Below are positions 24,701-35,377 of a stretch of DNA of 48,678 bases, one piece after another; position 1 is the first letter of the stretch; every line of letters begins with the position of its first letter. The stretch comes from Nemertoderma westbladi (Eukaryota; Animalia; Xenacoelomorpha). The notes below the pieces were generated by a model that did no database searches, was not told where the DNA came from, and worked only from the letters and a program-made list of their open reading frames with translations. Position numbers and translations under genes: made by a program. The DNA lies in contig JAUCBJ010007610.1 in NCBI GenBank assembly GCA_032718475.1, positions 1-48,678 of the forward strand. The letters are read 5' to 3'.

Positions 24701-27391
24701 TAGTATGGAATAGTAAATGGTAAACCTCATCTTATACGGCTCACACATAAACTGGTACCGCACCTTACAGTAGGAGTTAGTATGGAATAGTAAATGGTAA
24801 ACTTCATCTTATACGGCTCACACATAAACTGGTACCGCACATTACAGTAGGAGTTAGTATGGAATAGTAAATGGTAAACCTCATCTTATACGGCTCACAT
24901 ATAAACTGGTACTGCACCTTACAGTAGGAGTTAGTATGGAATAGTAAATGGTAAACCTCATTTTATACGGCTCACATATAAACTGGTACCGCACCTTACA
25001 GTAGGAGTTAGTATGGAATAGTAAATGGTAAACCTCATCTTATACGGCTCACACATAAACTGGTACCGCACCTTACAGTAGGAGTTGAGTTAGTATGGAA
25101 TAGTAAATGGTAAACCTCATTTTATACGGCTCACATATAAACTGGTACGGCACCTTACAGTAGGAGTTAGTATGGAATAGTAAATGGTAAACCTCATCTT
25201 ATACGGCTCACACATAAACTGGTACCGCACCTTACAGTAGGAGTTGAGTTAGTATGGAATAGTAAATGGTAAACCTCATCTTATATTATACGGCTTACAC
25301 ATAAACTCGTACCGCACCTTACAGTAGGAGTTGAGTTAGTATGGAATAGTAAATGGTAAACTTCATCTTATACGGCTCACATATAAACTGGTACGGCACC
25401 TTACAGTAGGAGTTAGTATGGAATAGTAAATGGTAAACCTCATCTTATACGGCTCACACATAAACTGGTACCGCACCTTACAGTAGGAGTTGAGTTAGTA
25501 TGGAATAGTAAATGGTAAACTTCATCTTATACGGCTCACATATAAACTGGTACGGCACCTTACAGTAGGAGTTAGTATGGAATAGTAAATGGTAAACCTC
25601 ATCTTATACGGCTCACACATAAACTGGTACCGCACCTTACAGTAGGTGTTGAGTTGTATGAAATAGTAAATGCTAAACCTCATCTTATATTATACGGCTC
25701 ACACATAAACTGGTACCGCACATTACAGTAGGAGTTAGTATGGAATAGTAAATGGTAAACCTCATTTTATACGGCTCACATATAAACTGGTACGGCACCT
25801 TACAGTAGGAGTTAGTATGGAATAGTAAATGGTAAACCTCATCTTATACGGCTCACACATAAACTGGTACCGCACATTACAGTAGGAGTTGAGTTAGTAT
25901 GAAATAGTAAATGCTAAACCTCATCTTATATTATACGGCTTACACATAAACTCGTACCGCACCTTACAGTAGGAGTTAGTATGGAATAGTAAATGGTAAA
26001 CTTCATCTTATACGGCTCACATATAAACTGGTACGGCACCTTACAGTAGGAGTTAGTATGGAATAGTAAATGGTAAACCTCATCTTATACGGCTCACACA
26101 TAAACTGGTACCGCACCTTACAGTAGGAGTTGAGTTAGTATGGAATAGTAAATGGTAAACTTCATCTTATACGGCTCACATATAAACTGGTACGGCACCT
26201 TACAGTAGGAGTTAGTATGGAATAGTAAATGGTAAACCTCATCTTATACGGCTCACACATAAACTGGTACTGCACCTTACAGTAGGTGTTAGTATGGAAT
26301 AGTAAATGCTAAACCTCATTTTATACGGCTCACACATAAACTGGTACCGCACCTTACAGTAAGAGTTAGTATGGAATAGTAAATGGTAAACCTCATTTTA
26401 TACGGCTCACATATAAACTGGTACCGCACCTTACAGTAGGAGTTAGTATGGAATAGTAAATGGTAAACCTCATTTTATACGGCTCACACATAAACTGGTA
26501 CCGCACCTTACAGTAGGAGTTAGTATGGAATAGTAAATGGTAAACCTCATCTTATACGGCTCACATATAAACTGGTACTGCACCTTACAGTAGGAGTTAG
26601 TATGGAATAGTAAATGGTAAACTTCATCTTATACGGCTCACACATAAACTGGTACCGCACATTACAGTAGGAGTTAGTATGGAATAGTAAATGGTAAACC
26701 TCATTTTATACGGCTCACATATAAACTGGTACCGCACCTTACAGTAGGAGTTAGTATGGAATAGTAAATGGTAAACCTCATTTTATACGGCTCACACATA
26801 AACTGGTACCGCACCTTACAGTAGGAGTTAGTATGGAATAGTAAATGGTAAACCTCATCTTATACGGCTCACATATAAACTGGTACTGCACCTTACAGTA
26901 GGAGTTAGTATGGAATAGTAAATGGTAAACTTCATCTTATACGGCTCACACATAAACTGGTACCGCACATTACAGTAGGAGTTAGTATGGAATAGTAAAT
27001 GGTAAACCTCATCTTATACGGCTCACACATAAACTGGTACCGCACCTTACAGTAGGAGTTAGTATGGAATAGTAAATGGTAAACTTCATCTTATACGGCT
27101 CACACATAAACTGGTACCGCACATTACAGTAGGAGTTAGTATGGAATAGTAAATGGTAAACCTCATCTTATACGGCTCACATATAAACTGGTACTGCACC
27201 TTACAGTAGGAGTTAGAATGGAATAGTAAATGGTAAACCTCATCTTATACGGCTCACATATAAACTGGTACTGCACCTTACAGTAGGAGTTAGTATGGAA
27301 TAGTAAATGGTAAACCTCATCTTATACGGCTCACATATAAACTAGTACCGCACCTTACAGTAGGAGTTAGTATGGAATAGTAAATGGTAAA

Positions 27392-27393
<2 letters not shown>
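21713..27393 (+). repeat. 77-bp satellite array, left part (~72 monomers; 82/87-bp variants)
   Basis: Monomer gttagtatggaatagtaaatggtaaacctcatYttatacggctcacaYataaactggtaccgcacMttacagtagga (21791 to 21868 = 77 bp). The +5 variants come from GAGTT or TTATA duplication. Confidence 0.98.

Positions 27394-27448
<55 letters not shown>
27394..27448 (+). repeat. Poly(T)55 tract at the LINE 5' junction
   Basis: Directly visible between satellite ggtaaacc and gctgtagg. Confidence 0.95.
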
Positions 27449-27453
<5 letters not shown>

Positions 27454-27541
27454 AGGCCTGCCGACAATAAGACCAAGAAAGATACCGGTACTAGGCCTAT
27501 ACAGTTTTTATCCCTGAGTCAGACTACAGCCAGACAGCACA

Positions 27542-28892
27542 ATGTCCCCGCTCTTAATCTCCACAGTTTTCATCGTTCTGGGTCGTTTCGTTGTGGCAGA
27601 ACCATCCGATCCGCGGGGTAACCCTGCAACCCACCCAATACCCGTATTGGACTGGTTTGCGGAACACCCTGTCGCTACCGTTTCGAACTGCCGCGCCGAA
27701 TCGACGGAGATGTGGTCGACGAGTGGATTTAGCCTCTACTGCTCTCGTCGGGGAAGAAGATCTTGGGTCTCCTCTCCACGATCTAGAGGCCTAATCGCTA
27801 AACTCTGTCTACTGTCTCTGGCTGGGGATATTGAGACCAACCCAGGACCCAGCAGGACGCGGGCCCCGAAGATCAACTGTCCCGTCTGTCAACGAGGAAC
27901 AAACTCTCGGAGTAAGATCGTCCAATGCGAGAGTTGTGACACATTTGTACATTTAAAATGTTACCGTAGGAAACTCAGTAATTTATTCTCCACCGGAAAC
28001 AATCTTGAACCAAGTTTTCTCTGCAATAGCTGTATTTTTACCGAACTTCCCTTTCATGATACAATTTTAGAATCAGAAACCGACGATTCATTTCTCACAT
28101 CGCCTCTGCAAACTCCAAGTGATGCTGAGAGTGAAACTTTTAATTTTTTTAAGAAAAAAGGTCTGCATTTTTTGCACTTAAACGCACGATCTCTGCTTCC
28201 AAAACTTTCCGAAATTCGTATTTTAATCAATAAATCCAACCCAGCAGTTTTAACAATCTCTGAAACTTGGCTCGATGATAGTGTTTCTGATGGAGAAATT
28301 TATATTGATAATTACGTAGTTTTACGTAAGGATAGGGACAGACACGGTGGTGGTGTCTGTACTTACATTCGATGTGATTTAGCTTTTAATCGTAGGGAAG
28401 ATTTAGAGACTTGTGACGAAGTTTTACTGGTGGAACTTTTACTTCCTAAAACTAAACCTATTTTAATCGGTACTTTATATCGGCCCCCTAAACAATCAGA
28501 TTTTTTGCAAAATTTTGAAAATACAATTTTATGTAATCTTAGGTCAGACTGTGAAATATATTTCTTAGGTGATTTTAATATCTGTTACCATCACAAAGCA
28601 TCCCCCATCTGTAAACAGTACCAAAGTATTTTAAATTTGTTTGGTTTAAAACAAATTATTCGAGATTCTACCAGAATTACCAGTAAAACTTCTACTTTAC
28701 TAGATCACATCCTTTGTAATAATACCGATATTATTTCTCAATCTGGGGTTTTACCTATAGGTCTAAGCGATCATTTTATAGTTTTTTGCACAAGAAAGAC
28801 AGAAAAATCTTTTTTCGGGGATCATAAAACAGTAACAGTTAGGTCTATGAAAAATTACAGCAAGGAATGCTTTTTAAGTTTGTTAGTTAATT
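27542..28892 (+). CDS. LINE ORF, 5' part: hydrophobic leader, 2A-like peptide, PHD finger, APE endonuclease
   Basis: LLSLAGDIETNPGP; CPVC..CESC....H..C..CNSC (C4HC3); HLNARSL, ISETWL, RHGGGV, YRPP, GDFN, LLDHI, SDH (all APE motifs). The frame continues at 32907 once the insertion is removed. Confidence 0.93.
27788..27850 (+). other. 2A-like (StopGo) ribosome-skipping motif GLIAKLCLLSLAGDIETNPG|P
   Basis: Exact D(V/I)ExNPGP consensus preceded by a hydrophobic helix. The predicted skip lies between G102 and P103. Confidence 0.9.
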
Positions 28893-31800
28893 CATGGAAT
28901 ACTAAATATACACGGAACCGCATTAGTGTTATTTTTTCGGCCCCGATATTTTTTTTAATAAAATGGTAGTATATGCCATAGAAAACTCAGAAAAAAATTT
29001 AAGCAAATTTGACCGGAGCGTTTCCATGGAAACCGGGCAAACATAAAATTTCTAGGTTTTGCCATGAATTAATTATTTTTTCCATCTACTACCCTATTTA
29101 TTTTTCAATATGTGAAATATATTGCAGCAAAGATGTACAAATCCATCACTCGGAAAACACAATCCCCCTCTGTCACGAAACGAAATGTAGCGAATATTCG
29201 TGGAACTTGATTGGGATTTATCTTTTAGATCGCATCTGGTACATGAACACAACGCATCTGAATTAGGAATTGACTGAACTGCCCATCCAGCCACGTCTGA
29301 AATAATCAATAGAGATTCGTCGTCGAATATATCAAAATCATCATCTGTTGATAGTTTCGTAATTATTGGTCGTATATCTTCACTATTAGTTTTATCAAGG
29401 CAGTCAATGACATCTTGGTTGGATTGTAGAGCTGCTTTGATTTGAATTATCTTGTTTGAGTTAGTGGCTTCCCGCAGACTTACAAGGAAGCGACCTCCCG
29501 ACATCTGCGATATTTGCTGAAATGTAACTCAATTTCATCGTCTCCAAGGACTGCCAGGTTAAATAATTGGTATTCGAGTTTGTTGAAGACCAAATCTAGG
29601 ACCTTAATTGTGTTAGCAACTGTTAGTATGAGCGCTGAAAATGTCTGCGAAGTGAACCCTGCTTTATTTGAAGACTTCCACCTTGTCAGCCAGTCAAGGA
29701 AGGTTTGAAGGAAACTTTGCCGCTCACTGTCATAACGACTGAGTGTTCTTGTGTATGGATTAGACGTATTATGTTTACAGTTCATAAACTCCCAGAACAG
29801 TCTAATAACACGGAAGTAATCAGCTGTGTCATTATGGAAGTTCTCTGTGCCACCACCCAAATACAATCTGAGGGCATCGATAGTACTATCATGGTACAGG
29901 TTGAGCATAAGCTGGGTGTTTTGCTTGCGCTTTCCAACGTTGATTGTTGCATATGTCAGCTTGTGGGCTTTTCGCAGATTGACTGAAGAATCACAATTAA
30001 TTATCTCTGTATCCATCTGATACACCATACGAACATCAGACATCGACACTTTAGCATTTGCTCCTATTTGAAATACGTCATTCATATAACTCCACTTAAA
30101 TTCAGGAGGATAAAAAATGCCGGTGTTAAATAAGTTATTTCGTGTATTCTTCATGAGGTGATTATAATCAAACAACGGAATTATATCACAAAGCTCTGGT
30201 TCATATATAATCTTTGAGTAAGCATTGACATTAACTGAAAGGCCATCAGTAACAAACACTCGTGGCTGAAACTCGGCCTCTTTTAAATGTTTCACAACTT
30301 CCTTGAATTCTTTTATCAACATGTCTCCAGTTAATGTATCGTAACATGACACTGACTTGACAATTATTCCATTTCCCCCACTTAGACCTCTTACCATAAT
30401 ATCCAGCAGGGTCAATGGTGATTCAATAATACCTCCTGCACTAAATATTGATTCTCTCTGTAAGTAAATTTCATCCGCGTATATTACAACATTCTGATCC
30501 ATACCAATGCTCTTTAGAAGTGTATAAACTTTTACATCACCTCTTGTCAACTTTTCAAAGAATGAAATGCTGGGTAGGTTCGGCATCAGCTTCAAGAGCT
30601 CTTTATATCCATTCCTGCTCTTATAACGTAGAATAAGACACTTTCTAATGATATTCTTGGGGAATATTCCTATCTTTTTATAATTGCGGTACTCGTCTAG
30701 AAATTCCATGAAATCTGAGTCAAAATTAGGCAATGAATGAAACTTGACCTCATTCATTAGCCTAAGCAAAACGCTTTTCTTCTGAACTTTATTATACCCA
30801 CTTTTGTTACGTGGTAAATAGCTAAAATTAACGAGGGGTATTTTAGAGGTATTTTGAGAAACAATAAAGTACGTCGTTGAGATCTTAAGGAAGTAATTCA
30901 GTTTTAGATTTTCGGGGGAAATTTCATAAATCATAATTCCATCTTCACTTTCAACATCACACCTACACGCATGTACCTCTCTATTCTTAAAAACATCCTC
31001 GTCTTCAATCCATTTCTTTATATTTCCCAACTGCCACTCCAATTTGTCTTCTTCAACTAATTTTCTATTTTCGAGTAGGTTGTATAGTGTGGGATCAACT
31101 TTTCGTTTAGTTGGTGACTTTCGTAGTGGGGATGGTAATGGCACAACCAATGTAAATATTGATGGAATTGATTCCTTTTTGAGATTGGAACTTCGAAACT
31201 GCAAATTTCTGTTCATCATAAAATCCTTCGGCTCGAAGTGAACTTTACAAATTCGATCTTTATCGTAATCGAATTCTCGACCTAACGAAAAAATAATCTA
31301 AAATAGTTTATATGGCTAGAGTTCCGCCCGTGCCAGTATTTCTATTTCACATTGCAATGTAAACTAATTACTACTGAATACAAAAACTCGAATCAATAAT
31401 CAATTAAATATTCAAAAAATTTGTATTACTAGCTAATTTATAATTTCTAAATAACTATCGGTAGTATTTAAAAAATTTTTTTAAAAATTTGGTATTAAAT
31501 TTAGTGTTATAAATGTTATAGTTTCAGGTATCTAGCAATTTTTAAGGTAGCTAGTATTTTTATAACATAGGTGTAGCTTGTGTGACCATTTTCTAAATTT
31601 AAATTTTTATTTTTTCGATTTTTATTATTGGAAAGTGTTATAGAACATAAGTAGATAGATATGTTGTATTTATGGTAGCAAGTGTTTTTTTTTTACGAGC
31701 GAGCATCTTTTGAAACTATAAAAATGTTGAAATATTTGGCAATAAATTGTTAAAAGTTGAAATCTGATTTTTTTTTAATTACTAGCTAATTTAAAATTAA

Positions 31801-32899
31801 AAAATAATTAGCTATATGTTCTAGATCATTTTATTTTTTATTTTATTCTAGAATAGTTAAATAACTTTTATATGGTGTTCTATAACTAATATTGAAGCCA
31901 TAGTAACAATGATTAAGGAATATACACACATACGCATGTGGCATACGGATAGCCGTTTTTTTAACTAGCTAGTATTTTTTGAAATTATAAAAAAATGTGA
32001 AAACATTGATTCTAGAATGTTTTCCAATATTAAAAAAACACTAAATAAAATATTATTTTTTTTATTTTTAAAATACTAGCTAGTGAAAAAAATACTACTA
32101 GATGTCAGAAAAAATGTATACTAAGGTTCTAGAACAATCACCAATGTTCTAGAACATAATAAAATGCAACAAAACCAAATAAAAAGACATACACATTTTT
32201 TAAATTTGCTGTACCATGGATCTAGGCCTACTGTACACAACACATACCATACTACTGTACCGGTACCGGTAGTACCAAATATATAACATGTCATAGAACA
32301 TTTTATGCGTGATATAATAATAAAATCCTTACCTGGCGTATTTAGCCCCTGACGAATCGCTTGTTTCCATTCATTGCAAACAGCAACATCAATAGGAAAC
32401 CGGTGCAAATGGTCTTTTGACTTGCATACTAAACAAGTACGTGGCATGATGTAGATAGTTCACTATGTGTAGCCAGTGAAGTAATGAAGACCCTACTGTG
32501 TAGAGACTAAAGGTTACCGCGATGTACTGGTTAATTGTAATCGAAAAATTATCGGTTAAAATATTGTTTTAAAATAGTGCAGCTGTAGCTAGTTGTGGTA
32601 ATAATAATATTGTTGAAAACCAACGCATCAATATTACAACAGCGCAGTTCAAGAATAATGGCAGTACTTCTTGTTGCCATAGAAATATATCGCAAATAAG
32701 ATTAAATCGCCCCCAACACAGCAATTCTTGTTGGCAAATATGAAAACTTTGACGGATTATATCTCGAGAACGCTCCGGTCGAATTTGCTTAAATTTTTTT
32801 TCTGGGGTTTCTATGGCATATACTACCACTTTATTGAAAAAAATATCGGGGCCGAAAAAATAACACTAATGCGGTTCCGTCTATATTTAGTATTCCATG
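28893..32899 (-). mobile_element. P-superfamily (THAP) DNA transposon, 4007 bp
   Basis: CATGG termini; ~130-bp imperfect TIRs (28893-29022 / 32769-32899); 7-bp TSD GTTAATT (28886-28892 / 32900-32906); THAP transposase gene inside. Confidence 0.95.
29094..32447 (-). CDS. THAP-domain P-type transposase, two exons (32447-32333 and 31281-29094), ~767 aa with one 1-nt frameshift near 29507
   Basis: Splicing at CAG|GTAAGG ... TTTTCGTTAG|GT gives MPRTCLVC..HRFP...W....GREFDYDKDRICKVHF...LKKESIPSIF (C2CH THAP). Catalytic-like motifs ADEIY, VTDG, FDYNHLMKNTRNN, KQN and DDEIELHFSKYR(Q)MSGG. Confidence 0.88.
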
Positions 32900-32906
32900 G
32901 TTAATT

Positions 32907-35053
32907 CTGACTGGGAACCCTGTTTTAAGGCCGCTGACATTAACCTTGCGTACACTGTTTTTAAAGATATATTTTTAAAGGCACTTAATACTGTAGCACC
33001 AATTAAAGAAATTAGTCTTAAACAACGCACTGAGCCCTGGATGACCTCGGGTATTCTTTGTAATATCAGAGAAAGAGATAACTATTTGTATAAATTTAGG
33101 AAATACCGTGTTTTAGCTGATTATAATAATTACTGCAAATATAGAAACCTTGTCCAACGGGAAATAAAAAAAGCTAAATCTGAATATTTGTACAACAAAA
33201 TAAGTGAGAATAAAGATAATCCTAAAAGTCTATGGTCTACCCTAAAATCTTTAGGTTATAAAAACCTTAAATCTAAATCGAATATTGTTCTGCAAGATAA
33301 CGGTGAGCTGATTCATGATCATACTCTAGTTAGTAATTTATTTAATAATTATTTTACTAATGTTGCCTCTAATTTAGTTAAGAAATTACCGTTATCAAGA
33401 AATAAATATAGTATAGGGTCCGAAACTCTAAATAATTTTTATTTAGAAAAGTTACAAAATTCAGAAAAGTTATTTTTAAAACCCGTTTCTGAGGATTTCG
33501 TTTTTAAAAATCTACTTAGCCTATCAGCCTCAAAAAGTACCGGTCTAGACCTAATACCTGCCCGTTTTCTTAAGGATGGTGCTGAAGTACTTAAAGTGCC
33601 TATTACTTTTATTATTAATTACTCTATCGTAGATAATGTAGTACCAGACGAACTGAAATTAGCTAAGGTTGTTCCTCTGTATAAAAAGAATAGTAAAGTA
33701 GAACCCTGTAATTACAGACCTGTTAGTATCTTAAGTATTGTATCTAAAATTCTAGAACGTTCTGTTTTTCTACAGCTGGAGGCACATCTTAGTAGGCTAA
33801 ATCTGATCTATGAACTTCAGTCCGGTTTTCGTAAATCATATTCTACAGACACCTGTCTTATTAACTTAACTGATACAATTAGATGTAATAACGCAAAGGG
33901 TTTATATACTGGTATGGTAATGTTGGACCTACAAAAGGCTTTCGATACTGTAGATCACGAAATTCTGCTTGGTAAGTTAGGCCTGATGGGTGTAGGTTCT
34001 ATAGACTGGTTCAAGTCCTACCTGTCAGACAGAGGTCAAACTGTAGTCATTAGCAAATCGCAGTCTACTGTACAAGAGATTACCTGTGGTGTACCCCAAG
34101 GTAGTATATTAGGTCCTCTGCTTTTTGTATGCTATGTAAATGATATGATAAGTAGTATAGATCCCGATTTTAAACTCATTTTATATGCCGACGACAGTGC
34201 TCTTATTTTCTCTCATAAAGATCCTATCCATATTTCCCAAAAGTTAAGTGCAGTTCTAGAATCCTGTAATGAGTGGTTGGTTGATAATAAGCTATCCATT
34301 CACTACGGTAAAACTGAAAGTATTTTGTTTGGTTCCAAAAGAAAGTTAAAGAAGGTAACTAAGTTTGAAGTCACTAGTAATGGACATAAGATTGAAAATA
34401 AAAAGGAAGTTAAATATTTAGGCGCCACATTGGATAACTGCTTATCAGGAGAAAGTACAGTGAAAAATATTTTCTCGAAAGTTAACAGTAGGCTTAGGTT
34501 TCTATACAGAAATAAAAATAGTTTGAACACCGACTCCCGCAAGTTACTTTGCTCTTCTTTAATACAGTGTCACATGGACTATGCGTGCTCTTCTTGGTAT
34601 GAAGGCTTAACCAAGCAGCTTAAATGTAAATTACAAGTAGCTCAGAATAAAGTAGTACGATTTATTAAAGACTACAAACCTAGACACCACCTTACTCCAG
34701 ATGACTTTTCTGAATCTGGACTACTTAACTTAGATAGTAGAGTTAAGCAGCTACGCCTTAACCATGTGCATAAAGTGTATAATGGTAAATGTCCCAATTA
34801 CCTAAAACAAAAATTCAACAGAGTACGCGATACACACTCTTACAGTACCAGAGCTAGTGCTTCAAACTTCTACCTCCCGAATTGTAAATCCTTCGAATCT
34901 GATACTTTCTTTTTTAACGGCATTAAAAATTGGAACGCTCTGCCTAATGAAATTAAAAACCTAAATAATCAACATTCTTTTAAATCTGCAGTTAAATCTC
35001 ATCTCCGTGTGCAATGTAAAAATAGGTACAATAGTCCTACAGTAAGTTATTAG
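32907..35053 (+). CDS. LINE ORF, 3' part: reverse transcriptase
   Basis: [46 protein letters not shown] (YADD 34184-34195), KYLG; no internal stops. Confidence 0.97.
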
Positions 35054-35244
35054 TTTATTAATTATTTACTATTTATACTGTAATTACGTTTTATAATAAA
35101 TTGTTCTGTACATTACATCTTTATCGTTGAGTCGGGCATTGTCACGCTCTCGGTAAAGTTGTACATGTACATAGTGTAATTACGTTTTATATTGGTTTTA
35201 GGTTAGCGTAGTGTAATATTGTATTTGTAACCAAGTAACATAAA

Positions 35245-35286
35245 GGACCCCCTTGGAAATAAGCTGCAAAGCTTTAGGGGTAATCC
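35245..35286 (+). promoter_or_regulatory. LINE 3'-UTR stem-loop (putative RT recognition element)
   Basis: gga-cccc-cttggaaat-aagct-gcaa-agctt-t-agggg-taatcc forms nested inverted repeats ~90 bp from the 3' end, as in L2/CR1-group tails. Confidence 0.65.
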
Positions 35287-35377
35287 TATATGTTATGTTG
35301 GACAATACCTTTATACCGGTACATTGTTTGGTGTATTTGTTATTGTTTTTACATAATGTATAAATAAATCTATCTAT

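Larger units (their letters stand above)
27394..35377 (+). mobile_element. Non-LTR retrotransposon (CR1/L2/Crack group) inserted in the satellite, interrupted by a P-superfamily element
   Basis: APE + RT ORF, 3' stem-loop motif, AATAAA followed by a TCTATCTAT end. The satellite resumes in register with an AACC(T) duplication (27390-27394 / 35378-35382). Confidence 0.95.

Noticed and set aside
27449-27541. HDV-like ribozyme in the LINE 5' leader
   Set aside because: Some pairing is possible (gctgtag/ctacagc), but I could not build the nested double pseudoknot.
28893-28969. C-terminus (WNTKYTRNRISVIF...) of the 475-aa ORF and the ATG start of the 718-aa ORF at 32897
   Set aside because: Both come from the P-element TIRs (read-through and the terminal CATG), not from the LINE protein.
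31420-32100. Repeated and inverted (a)ctagctagt motifs in the transposase intron as a nested MITE
   Set aside because: Imperfect AT-rich inverted repeats are present (~31957-31995 / ~32055-32090), but no clear termini or TSD.
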